Of a DNA stretch of 64,000 bases, positions 29,328 to 39,762 are shown in pieces (position 1 is the first letter of the stretch; each line of letters begins with the position of its first letter). Source of the DNA: Obrimoposthia wandeli (taxonomy: Eukaryota). Made by a program: the position numbers and the translations under genes. Location: the NCBI GenBank assembly GCA_977020255.1, contig CDROCS010003444.1:1-64000 (forward strand), written 5' to 3'. Under the pieces are notes generated by a model. The model saw nothing but the letters and a program-made list of their open reading frames with translations. It did not search any database and had not been told where the DNA came from.

Positions 29328-30485
29328 GTGAAAGATCAGATCAAACAGCAGTTAATTACTATTTTTGATGCCGCCGTGCAAGACGTCGCAGGCTTTAATG
29401 CTTGTTATAAAAGCGTGAAGCAAGGCGCATTAGCGAATACTAATTTTCAGCCTGATCAGATCATCGCTGTGGGCAAAGCAGCTAGCGGCATGTGCGCAGG
29501 CGTGCTTTGCGCACTTGAAGAATCTAGCTCCAAAGCTCTTTGCCCTGCTCTAGTTGTAACTAAGTATCAACATACAGACCCACAACTGGCCCAGTACAAA
29601 AATGTAACAGTGATAGAATCAGCTCATCCTGTGCCTGATGACAACTCGCTATTGGCAGGACAAACATTGCTCGACACTGTGCAATCGCTTCCTGAAAATA
29701 GCCAGTTACTAGTGTTAGTGTCAGGTGGTGCTTCATCATTGGCTGAGTCATTACCTGAGCAAACAAGCTTAGAACAGTGGCAGCAACTAACCAATAGCAT
29801 GTTATCTAGTGGCTATAATATTGGCCAAATCAATACTGTAAGAAAACAAACGTCCCTTATTAAAGATGGCAAATTACTTGCTAATTTTAAAGGCAGTGCC
29901 GTACAAGTCTTAGCCATATCTGATGTTGAAGGCGATGACATAAGTGTGATTGGCTCAGGCATTGGCGATACGAAAAGACTCAACTGTGACGCTAATATCC
30001 ACTTGATTGCAACTAACCAAGTGGCTAGAGATGCAGCCCAACGCTGCGCTATTGATGCAGGTTTCTCTGTTATTAGTAACACTGAAACAATGTATAAAGA
30101 TGTGCAGCAAGTCTCTTCAGATATAGCCGGTTGCCTGCTAAATGCCCAAGCGGGGGTTTATATTTTTGGCGGAGAACCGACCGTTGTTTTACCAGAGAAT
30201 CCTGGTAGTGGTGGGCGCAATCAAAGCTTAGCACTTTCTTTAGCTATCGCTATTGAAGGCACTGATAACATTCATGTTCTCGTTGCTGGCACCGATGGCA
30301 GCGATGGCCCGACCGATGCTGCCGGCGGCATTATTAACGGCCATACGATCACTGACTTTAACAAAGCTGAAGAATATTTAAAGTCCGCAGATGCTGGAAG
30401 TTTATTACGCGAGCTTCAGGCAATTTTTATCACAGGACCAACCAATACCAACGTGATGGATTTAGTCATTGCTATTATTGAATAA
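29328..30485 (+). CDS. Glycerate 2-kinase (class II, DUF4147/MOFRL; GckA/TtuD type)
   Basis: AVGKAA, HPVPD, VSGGASSL, ISDVEGDD..VIGSG, GGEPTV, GGRNQ, GTDGSDGPT, TGPTNTNVMD. Confidence 0.9.
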   Translation: MKDQIKQQLITIFDAAVQDVAGFNACYKSVKQGALANTNFQPDQIIAVGKAASGMCAGVLCALEESSSKALCPALVVTKYQHTDPQLAQYKNVTVIESAHPVPDDNSLLAGQTLLDTVQSLPENSQLLVLVSGGASSLAESLPEQTSLEQWQQLTNSMLSSGYNIGQINTVRKQTSLIKDGKLLANFKGSAVQVLAISDVEGDDISVIGSGIGDTKRLNCDANIHLIATNQVARDAAQRCAIDAGFSVISNTETMYKDVQQVSSDIAGCLLNAQAGVYIFGGEPTVVLPENPGSGGRNQSLALSLAIAIEGTDNIHVLVAGTDGSDGPTDAAGGIINGHTITDFNKAEEYLKSADAGSLLRELQAIFITGPTNTNVMDLVIAIIE

Positions 30486-30498
30486 TTCAAAAAATTGG

Positions 30499-30855
30499 CT
30501 AACTATTCACTGCTAGTTGCTTAAGTAAAGCTGATGTCTTGGCCGCTAAAATAAAATCGTTTTTGTGTAAACCACGTAGTGTATGTGTCCACCAAAAAAC
30601 CGTTACTTTTGCATATTCAATAATAATTTTGGGATGATGGTCTACAGATTCAGCTAACTCAGCTATTGCATTACAAAAAGCAATTGCTCTCATATAGTTC
30701 TGGATTTTAAACTCTGCTTTTAAATGCTCTTCATCATTATCAACAATTAATTCCCAATCGGGTAACTGCGCCATTAACGGTCTTATTATAAATGGGCTGA
30801 TCAGCTCTTTAACCTTTTTATTATTAGTACAATCTAAGTTTACTAATACTTCCAT
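30499..30855 (-). CDS. phhB: Pterin-4a-carbinolamine dehydratase
   Basis: AELAESVDHHPKI...WWTHTLRGLHKNDFILAAK. Confidence 0.9.
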   Translation of the reverse strand: MEVLVNLDCTNNKKVKELISPFIIRPLMAQLPDWELIVDNDEEHLKAEFKIQNYMRAIAFCNAIAELAESVDHHPKIIIEYAKVTVFWWTHTLRGLHKNDFILAAKTSALLKQLAVNS

Positions 30856-31387
30856 ATTTACCTCTTTTCAATCCATCCTGAAGCATAAAGATCCATGTAT
30901 ATGAATGTGCGGAGCAAACAAACGACCTTTAAAGGTTATAAGCCTCCCTGAGCATTGACAGAGACTTGTTCGCATTTATCACAGTATAGGTATTAAAAAT
31001 TTCTAAAACATTAATCTGAATCAATTTTTTGTCAACACGAACAATAAGTAATTATAGTAAATGCGTTACCAATATAAATAGAAGCTATGCCGCTTAGGTA
31101 GAAAGTCCTTTTTAACACTCAAACTAACTAATCCCGCCACTGCCTTCGAAGTAATACTCTTTCAAGCGCATAGGATCCATCATAGAACTGCTGGCAAACA
31201 TTACATATCCAATGTATAAAATTTTTTGGGTAATTTATGTAGCTAAACGACGGAGTAAATGTGGAGATCACTCAAGATAAAAACTACATCGATATTTGAT
31301 TAGATAACGGTATAAAATAAAAAATAGAAATTACTTTCTACCTACACCTAATTTTACATAAGCGATTGTATTTTAGTTATCTTTTAA

Positions 31388-31538
31388 CAATGCTGTCCGG
31401 TAAAAAAGTGTAAGCTCTTTACTCATTGACCTGTGGTTTTCTAGCATAGTTAACTTGATATTCTCGGCCGAATAACACTTGTGGTTAACGTAAAATCAAT
31501 GGGTTAAAGAACAACAAAAATTAAACCGGATACTAATG
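31388..31538 (+). mobile_element. MITE-like element, copy 1
   Basis: CAATGCTGTCCGG...TTAAACCGGATACTAATG; high similarity to three other copies in the window. Confidence 0.85.
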
Positions 31539-31671
31539 ATCTTTTATCCTGAAATGGTCATTACTTTCTTAGAATACTATCCAAGTTTTACATATAATGA
31601 TTCAAAGCAAGGCTAACGAATACTGAACATCGTAAACTGGCATTAATAATAATCCATGAGAATAAACAAAC

Positions 31672-31941
31672 ATGTCGTCACAAATACTGTTTTGGGTAAT
31701 AGCTTTTGTATTTTTCCAACCACTGCATCTAGGTTTACCTATCCTCTATCTTTTTATCTATACAAAAGAGCAAGGTCGCAGTGTGAAGGTAAAGAAAGTA
31801 CTTCTTTTAGGAATAGCTAGTTCAGCGTTGCTGTTTATTATCGCCGCCTGGCTCTCACAAGAACATTTGTACTTAGCTATTATAGTGTTAGTGGTTTCTA
31901 TCCCGCTGCCCTGGCTTGGGTTACGCGAAAAAACGTCATGA
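31672..31941 (+). CDS. Small hypothetical membrane protein (~3 TM helices)
   Basis: 89 aa, three hydrophobic stretches, upstream GAG-containing RBS. Confidence 0.6.
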   Translation: MSSQILFWVIAFVFFQPLHLGLPILYLFIYTKEQGRSVKVKKVLLLGIASSALLFIIAAWLSQEHLYLAIIVLVVSIPLPWLGLREKTS

Positions 31942-32093
31942 AAGGTACTTCGACTCAAACACATAAAAAATGCCTTGCGAGTGTTAACAATACAAAGCAC
32001 TGTATATAGCTTACCAATTATGTACTTATAAATCAGTCAGTCGTGTTTAAATTGCTTAACTCGCTGTGGCATGGCTTAATAACGTTTGGTTAT

Positions 32094-32630
32094 TTACTCG
32101 CTGTAATTACCGCGAATAGGATAGTTATTTTCGGGGTTTTTCAACCAACCAATACCCGCTACTAACTCACTAATTTCAGGGCGAATAAATGGATTGTTTG
32201 AAGTATTTATTAGATGTAACAAACCTTGCTCATTAACAACGAAGATAGCCGGCTCTGGATACAAGTGATCATTTTCCTGTTCACTACGTGGTGATGAGAT
32301 AAACAAACCTAATTGTTGCATCTGCTGCAGGTTTAAACCGTAATAGATTGGATAGTTAACGGTTAGTTTTTCGCTAAATTCACGTAATTGATCTTCACGA
32401 TCTGCCGATACAGCCGCCACATCTACCTTAAGTTCAAGTAACCCTTCTCTGTGCTGCTCTAATGTATTCAAGTACTTTACGCATAATGGGCAGTGTTTAC
32501 CGCGATAAACAACGATTAGCTTCCAGTCGCATCCTTCTTTCTTTGCTGCAATATCGATAGATTGCGCTTCTAACGTATTTAAACTGATACTTGGAAATTG
32601 CGTACCTGGTAGTAATTTCTGATTATTCAT
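32094..32630 (-). CDS. Peroxiredoxin-like AhpC/TSA family protein
   Basis: LIVVYRGKHCPLC (CxxC), EPAIFVVN. Confidence 0.85.
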   Translation of the reverse strand: MNNQKLLPGTQFPSISLNTLEAQSIDIAAKKEGCDWKLIVVYRGKHCPLCVKYLNTLEQHREGLLELKVDVAAVSADREDQLREFSEKLTVNYPIYYGLNLQQMQQLGLFISSPRSEQENDHLYPEPAIFVVNEQGLLHLINTSNNPFIRPEISELVAGIGWLKNPENNYPIRGNYSE

Positions 32631-32816
32631 TGATCGAACCCTAAGTTAGATGTAATAAAAGTTACCTAACTAAGATAATATATATAACTAACGGTAAATT
32701 ACAGAACAATCATTCTGTTATTTTAAATAACTCTCTTTCCCACCAAAAAACCTTTGCTACTGGCTTTTCAACAACAATATTGTGGATGACATTAGCGCTT
32801 TTAGCCTCTTAAATTT

Positions 32817-33752
32817 TTAACTCGCATTAAATAAACTAGGCGCCCAATACAAAGTAATAGGGAGCGTGATAAAAGCAAGCACCGTTTGCACTGTGATGAT
32901 TGCCGCCATTGAAGGTGCATCCCCACCTAACTTGCGCGCTAAAATATAAGATGCAGGTGCCGTTGGCACACTGAGAAACACCAAGATAACTAAACTCGCA
33001 ATACCTTGTAATGCGAATAAATTTATCAGTATTATTGCTGTCACAGGTTTAATTAAAAACTGCACAAAAATACTGGTAATAATTAGCTCTTTAGCGCTTT
33101 GAAGCCCTTTAAAATTTAAACCAGCACCAACTAATATCAAGCCAATTGGAAATGCAGCTCGGCCAAATAAATCCAGTGAAGCACTGAGCGTACTATGCAA
33201 GCCAACACCAGTGATATTCAATAAAATACCAATTGCAGCTCCTTGAATCCATGGATTAATCAGTAACTGCTTGATGACTGCAACGGCACTGAATTTAGTT
33301 TCTCTTATGGTTAAGCTGAAGGTGGTAACACATAGAATGTTAATTAACAAAATCATACCAGTGGCTGCCAACGCTGAATAACTGAGTCCTTCATCGCCAT
33401 ATAAAGCTGCTACTAAAGCAAGTGAAATAAAGGTGTTATACCTCACCCCTCCTTGGAATAAAGAAGTAAAAGCGGGCCCTGGTAAATGACGGTAAAAACG
33501 CTGCCACAATGTGATTAACAAAGCGCATAGCAGAACCGTTGAAAATAATACAAATAAAAAGCTCAGCCATTCTAAATCAGCTAACTTACGATTAGATAAA
33601 ATACTCACTAACAAGGCGGGAGTTAATACATAATAGGTAAGGCTTTCAGCTCCTTGCCAAAAATCTTTAGGCAGCTTTGCACTGCGCTTAATGACATAGC
33701 CTAAGAGAATAGTAAAAATGATTGGGACGAGAGCATTTGCTATGTCTAGCAT
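32817..33752 (-). CDS. AEC (auxin efflux carrier) family transporter
   Basis: ~10 TM helices; YYVLTPALL, FQGGVRYNT, PTAPASYILARKLGGD. Confidence 0.88.
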   Translation of the reverse strand: MLDIANALVPIIFTILLGYVIKRSAKLPKDFWQGAESLTYYVLTPALLVSILSNRKLADLEWLSFLFVLFSTVLLCALLITLWQRFYRHLPGPAFTSLFQGGVRYNTFISLALVAALYGDEGLSYSALAATGMILLINILCVTTFSLTIRETKFSAVAVIKQLLINPWIQGAAIGILLNITGVGLHSTLSASLDLFGRAAFPIGLILVGAGLNFKGLQSAKELIITSIFVQFLIKPVTAIILINLFALQGIASLVILVFLSVPTAPASYILARKLGGDAPSMAAIITVQTVLAFITLPITLYWAPSLFNAS

Positions 33753-34275
33753 GATATTCCTAGTGTATTGGCAGGTTGTTCATTATGACCGCTAGTATAG
33801 GAGCTAACGAAGAATAAGAATATATATTTAAAGGCAAGCTGTTGTGAATGTTAAAGTTTGTGAAATTTCATTCAAGCCAATCAATTACTCTCGTTTAAAC
33901 AATAAGCAGTCACTATCTATTTTGATGGTGAAAGAAACCTACCGAGCAGTTTTGAGCACAACAGTACTTCAAATATTGATCGCTCAAGTTTCAATCGCAT
34001 CATCGAAACAGGAATATAATGCGGTAATTGATCGCAAGGTACTGCTAGCGCAGTTGGTTTTTTTAGCCGCTCACCCGCGTGCTTAAACAATAGCGGTAAC
34101 GAAAACCATCAGAAAACTGCCTGTCTTTCAAGGAAATACCAGTAGCACTGAAGATAAATCGAGTGTACAAAATAGCAGCACCCAATCGAGTATATTTGGT
34201 GATTCTATTGATAGTATAAATTTTTCTAACTCACTGAAATCCCGCTTTGCTCGCAGCCAACAATCTATATACTCA

Positions 34276-35247
34276 CTACTTATCTATAAAATACTGAGAA
34301 TGTTGAGCGAACCATTCAATTAGTAAACGTTTAAATACCTTCAACTTTTTTGGCAACTGACGCTCAGCTGCATGAATAATCGCCATTTCATGTACATAGA
34401 GCTCATAATCTACCAACACTCGCTGTAACTTTTTATCGGCTACGCTCTGTTCTACGCAATACCAAGGCAGGCTGGCAATCCCACAACCTTGCTCTGCCAG
34501 TACTTTAGCCGTTGCATACTTACTGGTCGCAATATTCCCACTGACCACCACAGATTCCGTCTGCGAACACATAGCAGAAGTTAATTTAGAAGTTGGCTGA
34601 GCTATGGCTTCAGTTTCATTTTGCAAGTGCATCCGCCATACATTCCACGCTTGTTGATGACTATTAAGAATACAGTTGTGCGCTTTCAGATCTTGCAAGC
34701 AATTAATAGTGGGCCGCCCCTGCAAATAATCAGCACTTGCCACAAGCACATTGCGCATCCTCCCAACCGATTTAGCCACCACTAATTCTGGCAAGGAGGC
34801 AAAGGCTCTTAACGCAATGTCATTTTCACCACTGGCTAAATCAAATTCACGGTTCGAAAAATTTAATTCTAGCGCTACATTTGGACATTCTAGTTGGTAG
34901 GGTCTTAATAGATCTTGCATCATACGATCACCAATTGAGATCGGTGCAGTAAATCGTAATAACCCACCAGCTTCTTGGGTCATATCTTGAATTTCTCGCT
35001 TAACAGAATTAGCTTGTGAAAAAATTTTTTGTGCTTCTAAATATAATTTCTCACCCGCTTCTGTCATTCGTATCACACGGGTAGTGCGATGTAATAACTT
35101 CGCGCTCAACTGTATTTCTAACTTATTTACATGCCGACTTACTAGCCCTTTAGATACTTGTAAATATTGCGCTGCCGCACTAAATCCACCTTGGCTGACC
35201 ACCGCAGCATAACTTTGTAAATAACTTAAATTCACCATTAAACCCAT
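34276..35247 (-). CDS. LysR family transcriptional regulator
   Basis: GFSAAAQYLQVSKGLVSRHVNKLE, LLHRTTR; divergent from the SDR gene. Confidence 0.92.
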   Translation of the reverse strand: MGLMVNLSYLQSYAAVVSQGGFSAAAQYLQVSKGLVSRHVNKLEIQLSAKLLHRTTRVIRMTEAGEKLYLEAQKIFSQANSVKREIQDMTQEAGGLLRFTAPISIGDRMMQDLLRPYQLECPNVALELNFSNREFDLASGENDIALRAFASLPELVVAKSVGRMRNVLVASADYLQGRPTINCLQDLKAHNCILNSHQQAWNVWRMHLQNETEAIAQPTSKLTSAMCSQTESVVVSGNIATSKYATAKVLAEQGCGIASLPWYCVEQSVADKKLQRVLVDYELYVHEMAIIHAAERQLPKKLKVFKRLLIEWFAQHSQYFIDK

Positions 35248-35394
35248 TCATTATGTTTACTCACCACGTCTACTCTGTAAATTAATTGAATCTATTAAAC
35301 TCAATAAGTAAACAATAGGTTTATTATATGCGGTTTTTCTCTTCATTAAATCTCTTTATGCTAAACAAGTAATTTAATTAACGGGAAGGCACGT

Positions 35395-36006
35395 ATGAAC
35401 ATAGTAATTATTGGCGCGACAGGGACCATTGGCAGTGCTGTTGCAAATGCATTTGGCGAAGAACATCATGTAATCAAGGTCGGTTTCACCAATGGTGATT
35501 ACCAAATGGATATCAATGATGAAACAAGCATCAAGCAATGTTTGTCGCAGATAAAAACTGATCACGGATCAATAGAAGCACTGATTAGCACAACTGGCAA
35601 AGCGGCATTTAATGAGTTTTCCAAGCTTTCCAGCGAAGATTGGCAGCTAGGTATTAGCAGTAAAATGATGGGGCAAATTAATTTAGTACGATTTGCAAAA
35701 GATTATCTTGCGCATGGCGCTGCAATTACGTTAACAACAGGCGTACTTAACGATGAGCCTATCGCCATTGGTGTAAGTGCTGCTGCAATGAACGGCGCTA
35801 TCAATAGCTTTGTTGAAGCTGTCGCCCCCGTACTGGAAAATAATATGCGTATTAATTGCGTAAGCCCTACAGTACTTGAAGAGTCCATGCATATTTATGA
35901 AAAATTTTTCCCAGGTTTTGTACCTGTCGCTGCTAAAAAAGTAGCCCAAGCATATGTGCGTTCAACCTTAGGTATTGCTAATGGCCAAATTATGAGAGTT
36001 AGTTAA
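35395..36006 (+). CDS. Short-chain dehydrogenase/reductase (atypical short type)
   Basis: IIGATGTIGSAV, SKMMGQINLVR, RINCVSP. Confidence 0.85.
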   Translation: MNIVIIGATGTIGSAVANAFGEEHHVIKVGFTNGDYQMDINDETSIKQCLSQIKTDHGSIEALISTTGKAAFNEFSKLSSEDWQLGISSKMMGQINLVRFAKDYLAHGAAITLTTGVLNDEPIAIGVSAAAMNGAINSFVEAVAPVLENNMRINCVSPTVLEESMHIYEKFFPGFVPVAAKKVAQAYVRSTLGIANGQIMRVS

Positions 36007-36030
36007 CACGTTACCTCTCAATATTTAAAT

Positions 36031-36066
36031 CGCAAACCACAGTTTTTTCCAAACCTGTGGTTTGCG
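36031..36066. terminator. Hairpin between convergent SDR and trpA genes
   Basis: CGCAAACCACAG...CTGTGGTTTGCG, a 12-bp stem. Confidence 0.7.
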
Positions 36067-36075
36067 CGTAAGCTA

Positions 36076-36858
36076 TTAATGCACGCTTAATAACTCATCT
36101 GCCTTTTGCGAGAATTCACTAATTCCGCCATTTTGATAAGCGCGTAATAAGGCACTTCCAACCACAGCCACATCCACTAGACCGGCAATCTGTTCTATAT
36201 CTTGCGCGGTTGAAATACCAAAGCCTAGTGCTAATGGCACGTCAGTATGCTTTTTAATGCCTTGCAAATATGCCGCTAGTTGAGATGTTTCACTTTGGCT
36301 ATCAGCACCTTGCCCTGTTACCCCTTTGCGACTAACACAATAAAGTAGCCCTTGTGCATGCTCGCTCACTAACGACATACGCTGATCAGTCATGTCTGGA
36401 ATCATTAACCAAATAGGATCAACATTTTTAGCCGCTAAAGGCGCCACCATTGCGTGGTGATCGATCGGTAAATCAGGAATAATTATGCCTGATATACCTT
36501 CGCTCATATCCGTTGCTAATCGCTCAAAACCGTATTGCAATATCGGGTTCAAGTAGCTCATCAGTAAAATTTTGGTTTGCGGGTATGCCTTTCCAAGCTC
36601 AGTGATATCTTGCAGACACTGAGCTAATTTAGGGTTACTTGCTAATGCTGCATGGCATGCATTGGTGATGACAGGGCCATCGGCAACAGGATCCGAAAAT
36701 GGAAATTGAACTTCCAGAATTGCCACACCTTTTTCTAGCAGTGTTTTCATCATCTGCAAGCTTTCATCAATGCTCGGATATCCGTAGATAACATGCGTCA
36801 TTAACAGTATTGATTTTTCTTGGCGCTGCTCTTTTATAAACGTTGCGAGAGGGTTCAT
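36076..36858 (-). CDS. trpA: Tryptophan synthase alpha subunit (divergent)
   Basis: EVQFPFSDPVADGPVI, SYLNP, YCVSRKGVTG, LGFGIS, VVGSA. Confidence 0.9.
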   Translation of the reverse strand: MNPLATFIKEQRQEKSILLMTHVIYGYPSIDESLQMMKTLLEKGVAILEVQFPFSDPVADGPVITNACHAALASNPKLAQCLQDITELGKAYPQTKILLMSYLNPILQYGFERLATDMSEGISGIIIPDLPIDHHAMVAPLAAKNVDPIWLMIPDMTDQRMSLVSEHAQGLLYCVSRKGVTGQGADSQSETSQLAAYLQGIKKHTDVPLALGFGISTAQDIEQIAGLVDVAVVGSALLRAYQNGGISEFSQKADELLSVH

Positions 36859-38082
36859 TTAGTTCGCTCCTGCTAGGTAATTATGTAAGAAGTCGTTGAA
36901 TGGCTCATCTTTCAAAGCTTTAGCGATGGTAAAAATATCTTTATCGCCACGCCCTGAAACATTGATAACGATATTCTTATCGCTACTTAATTCCGCCGCT
37001 TCACGAATACCACCGGCGATTGCATGAGAAGACTCAAGTGCCGCAATAATACCTTCTGCTTTCATTAACTGTTTAAATCCAGCGATCACTTCTTCATCAC
37101 GTGCACTGCTCATGCGCACAAGCCCTTTATCGGATAAATCCGCTAAAATCGGTGATACACCAACATAATCTAAACCTGCAGAAATCGAATGTGTTGGCGC
37201 TAATTGGCCTTGGTCATCTTGTAAAAACATGGTGGCGAAACCTTGCGAGATGCCAAATTTAGCTTGATCAGTATGAAAACGTTTAGCGTGCTCTCCTACT
37301 CCATCGCCACGGCCACCAGCTTCAATACCGATTAACTCAGTTTGTGTACCAACAAAAGGCAGGAAGATGCCACAAGCATTACTACCGCCGCCAACACAAG
37401 CGTATATTTTATCAGGCATTTTACCAATCTGCGCCATCGCTTGTTCTTTAACTTCTTCGCCTATGACGGATTGAAAACCTGCCACCATTTCTGGAAACGG
37501 CTCACAACCGCAACTCGTTCCAATCAAGTAATGGGTATTTTCAAAGCTGGCGGTCCAATCACGCAAGGCTTCATCTAATGCATCTTTAAGCGTTTGCGAC
37601 CCCGTTGTAACAGGGACAACGGTTGCACCTAGCTGTTTCATCCAAAAAACATTTGGATATTGACGCTCGATATCATGAGCGCCCATATAAATCGTGCATT
37701 CCAGGCCTAATCTAGCGCTAACTAAGGCTGTTGCCACACCATGTTGACCGGCACCTGTTTCAGCAATAACACGCTTTTTACCCATGCGCTTAGCTAACAG
37801 ACCTTGGCCGATGACATTATTCATCTTATGCGCGCCACTGTGATTAAGATCCTCACGCTTAAGATAAATTTGTGCGCCGCCAACTTGTTCTGACAAATTA
37901 GGACAATGCGTTAATGGCGTGGGCCTACCTGAATACTGCTGCATTTCTTGTTTTACCTTGGCGATAAAACTTGGATCGGCCATTGCTTCTCTGTAATGAC
38001 GCAACAACTCCTGCTGAGATGAAAAAAGAATTTCGGGAATAAAGCTCCCGCCGTATTGACCAAAATACCCTTGATCGTTCAT
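36859..38082 (-). CDS. trpB: Tryptophan synthase beta subunit
   Basis: GRPTPL, KREDLNHSGAHKMNN, AETGAGQHG, CVGGGSNA, SISAGLDY, ALESSHA, NVSGRGDKD. Confidence 0.95.
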   Translation of the reverse strand: MNDQGYFGQYGGSFIPEILFSSQQELLRHYREAMADPSFIAKVKQEMQQYSGRPTPLTHCPNLSEQVGGAQIYLKREDLNHSGAHKMNNVIGQGLLAKRMGKKRVIAETGAGQHGVATALVSARLGLECTIYMGAHDIERQYPNVFWMKQLGATVVPVTTGSQTLKDALDEALRDWTASFENTHYLIGTSCGCEPFPEMVAGFQSVIGEEVKEQAMAQIGKMPDKIYACVGGGSNACGIFLPFVGTQTELIGIEAGGRGDGVGEHAKRFHTDQAKFGISQGFATMFLQDDQGQLAPTHSISAGLDYVGVSPILADLSDKGLVRMSSARDEEVIAGFKQLMKAEGIIAALESSHAIAGGIREAAELSSDKNIVINVSGRGDKDIFTIAKALKDEPFNDFLHNYLAGAN

Positions 38083-38161
38083 GATGACCTCACACTTTTA
38101 TTTATTAACTAAACGGTATAGTAAAGTTAATACGTTTTTCATCTCAGGTCAAGGAAAAAAC

Positions 38162-38719
38162 ATGGCTCGTGGTCGTCCATCCAAAAAAGGTAGTATTTTA
38201 GATATCGCGCAGCAATTATTTGCCGAGTTTGGCTATCAGGGAACATCCATTGACTTAGTCGTTCGTAAAGCCGGTGTTTCTAAACCAACGGTATATAATA
38301 ACTTTCCCAGTAAACAAGTTTTATTACAATCACTGATTAGTCGTAAAATTGAGGCTATTAAAACGCGTCACCAGAAAATAGTGGCTAGTGATGCCAATAA
38401 TTTGCAAAAGCTTTACCTAATACTAGATCAAGTCATTAACGAGCCCTTTGAGTTGGCTATTTTTAAAATATTATACGGTGAGGCACATAAACTCGATTCA
38501 TTTAGCTATGCTTTATGTGAAGAATTTGAGCAACAGGTGAATAATGCATTCACGGATATTTTATTACCGCTACAACTTGACCCTATAGAATGTGAAGTTG
38601 TATCAGCCCTTTTTAAACAAGCTCAACTAACAAGTGCATTAAGTGGCAAAAAAGCCCTTACTACGATCGAACTAAATACCCAGTTGCAGGTCTTAAAGCC
38701 GCTTAATCTATATAATTAG
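38162..38719 (+). CDS. TetR/AcrR family regulator divergent from trpBA
   Basis: MARGRPSKK...FAEFGYQGTSIDLVVRKAGVSKPTVYNNF; ATG 38162 preferred over the track start 38081. Confidence 0.9.
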   Translation: MARGRPSKKGSILDIAQQLFAEFGYQGTSIDLVVRKAGVSKPTVYNNFPSKQVLLQSLISRKIEAIKTRHQKIVASDANNLQKLYLILDQVINEPFELAIFKILYGEAHKLDSFSYALCEEFEQQVNNAFTDILLPLQLDPIECEVVSALFKQAQLTSALSGKKALTTIELNTQLQVLKPLNLYN

Positions 38720-38890
38720 GTGTTGCACCTAAACGTGGTTTTACGTAATTAAACGCAACTGAAATTTGAAATTAACCACGAGTTATTCAATAATAGCAGC
38801 GGTGTTTTGTTGGTTATAGCTACACCCTCATTTTTGGCTTTTGTATGCATGCTTAAATGATTAAAAACCTACAAAACACTTATTAAAAAT

Positions 38891-39043
38891 CGTTAGTGTA
38901 CGGTTTAATTTTTGTTGTTTTTTAAGTCATTGATTTTACGTTAATCACAAGGGTTATTTGGCTAAAAACAATCCAATTACCTAGGCTAGAAAACCAAAAA
39001 TCAATCAGTTAGAGAGCATACACTTCTTAACCGGGCAGCAATG
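38891..39043 (-). mobile_element. MITE-like element, copy 2 (reverse orientation)
   Basis: Reverse complement reads CATTGCTGCCCGGTTAAG...TTAAACCGTACACTAACG. Confidence 0.85.
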
Positions 39044-39136
39044 ATTATAAATAACAAATTCATTCTAAGTCGTTGTATATTTATTTGATATGCAGTTACG
39101 TCGAAAAAACATAGCTAATTTAAAACAGGTAAACCA

Positions 39137-39748
39137 GTGAAAAAAAATCTTTCCTTACTCAGCGCACTTCTCCTATGCTTTTCCATCGATACTCAGGCAG
39201 CTAACCGTTATGTTAGTGACCAGCTGTTTACTTATATGCATTCAGGACCGAGTTCGCAATTTAGAATTATCGGTAGCGTCAATGCTGGTAGTGTCGTTAA
39301 TTTAATTGAGAACAATGCGAGCTCGGGTTACAGCAAAGTAACAGATAGCAAAGGGCGTAGCGGTTGGATTGACACTAAATTCATCACCAAAAAAATGCCT
39401 GCATCACTGCGTCTTCCTCAAGTAGAAGAAGCTTTACATACTGCTCGTACTGAACTAAAAACCATAGGAGATAAAAACAAAATATCTTTAGACAGTAAGC
39501 AAAAAACACTCGCTAATCAGATCAAAACTAACAATCAACTTGCCACTCAAAGGCAAGAGCTTCTCAATCAAATGAAAGCACTACAGTTAGATAATTCTAA
39601 ATTACAAAACCGTATTGCCAATCAAAGTGAAGAGGTGCAGAGGCAGTGGTTTATTAAAGGCGCTGCTGTGATCATCATGGGTATTTTTATTGGCTTAGTT
39701 GTCCCTCATTTACCAAGACGTAAAAAGAAGAACGACAATTGGGCATAA
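39137..39748 (+). CDS. ygiM: TIGR04211-type SH3 domain membrane protein (YgiM/HtrG)
   Basis: Signal peptide, YVSDQLFTYMHSGPSSQFRIIG SH3, coiled coil, C-terminal TM, PRRKK..W. Confidence 0.85.
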   Translation: MKKNLSLLSALLLCFSIDTQAANRYVSDQLFTYMHSGPSSQFRIIGSVNAGSVVNLIENNASSGYSKVTDSKGRSGWIDTKFITKKMPASLRLPQVEEALHTARTELKTIGDKNKISLDSKQKTLANQIKTNNQLATQRQELLNQMKALQLDNSKLQNRIANQSEEVQRQWFIKGAAVIIMGIFIGLVVPHLPRRKKKNDNWA

Positions 39749-39762
39749 ATACTCCTGCTGAG

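Noticed and set aside
30499-30855. phhB without phhA as a novel folate-linked component of the C1 system
   Set aside because: Orphan PCD genes are common, and it is convergent with the glycerate kinase operon rather than part of it.
33844-34260. 80-aa ORF or eroded gene between the AEC transporter and LysR
   Set aside because: No RBS or family motif recognised, and the other frames are broken by stops; cannot be assigned.
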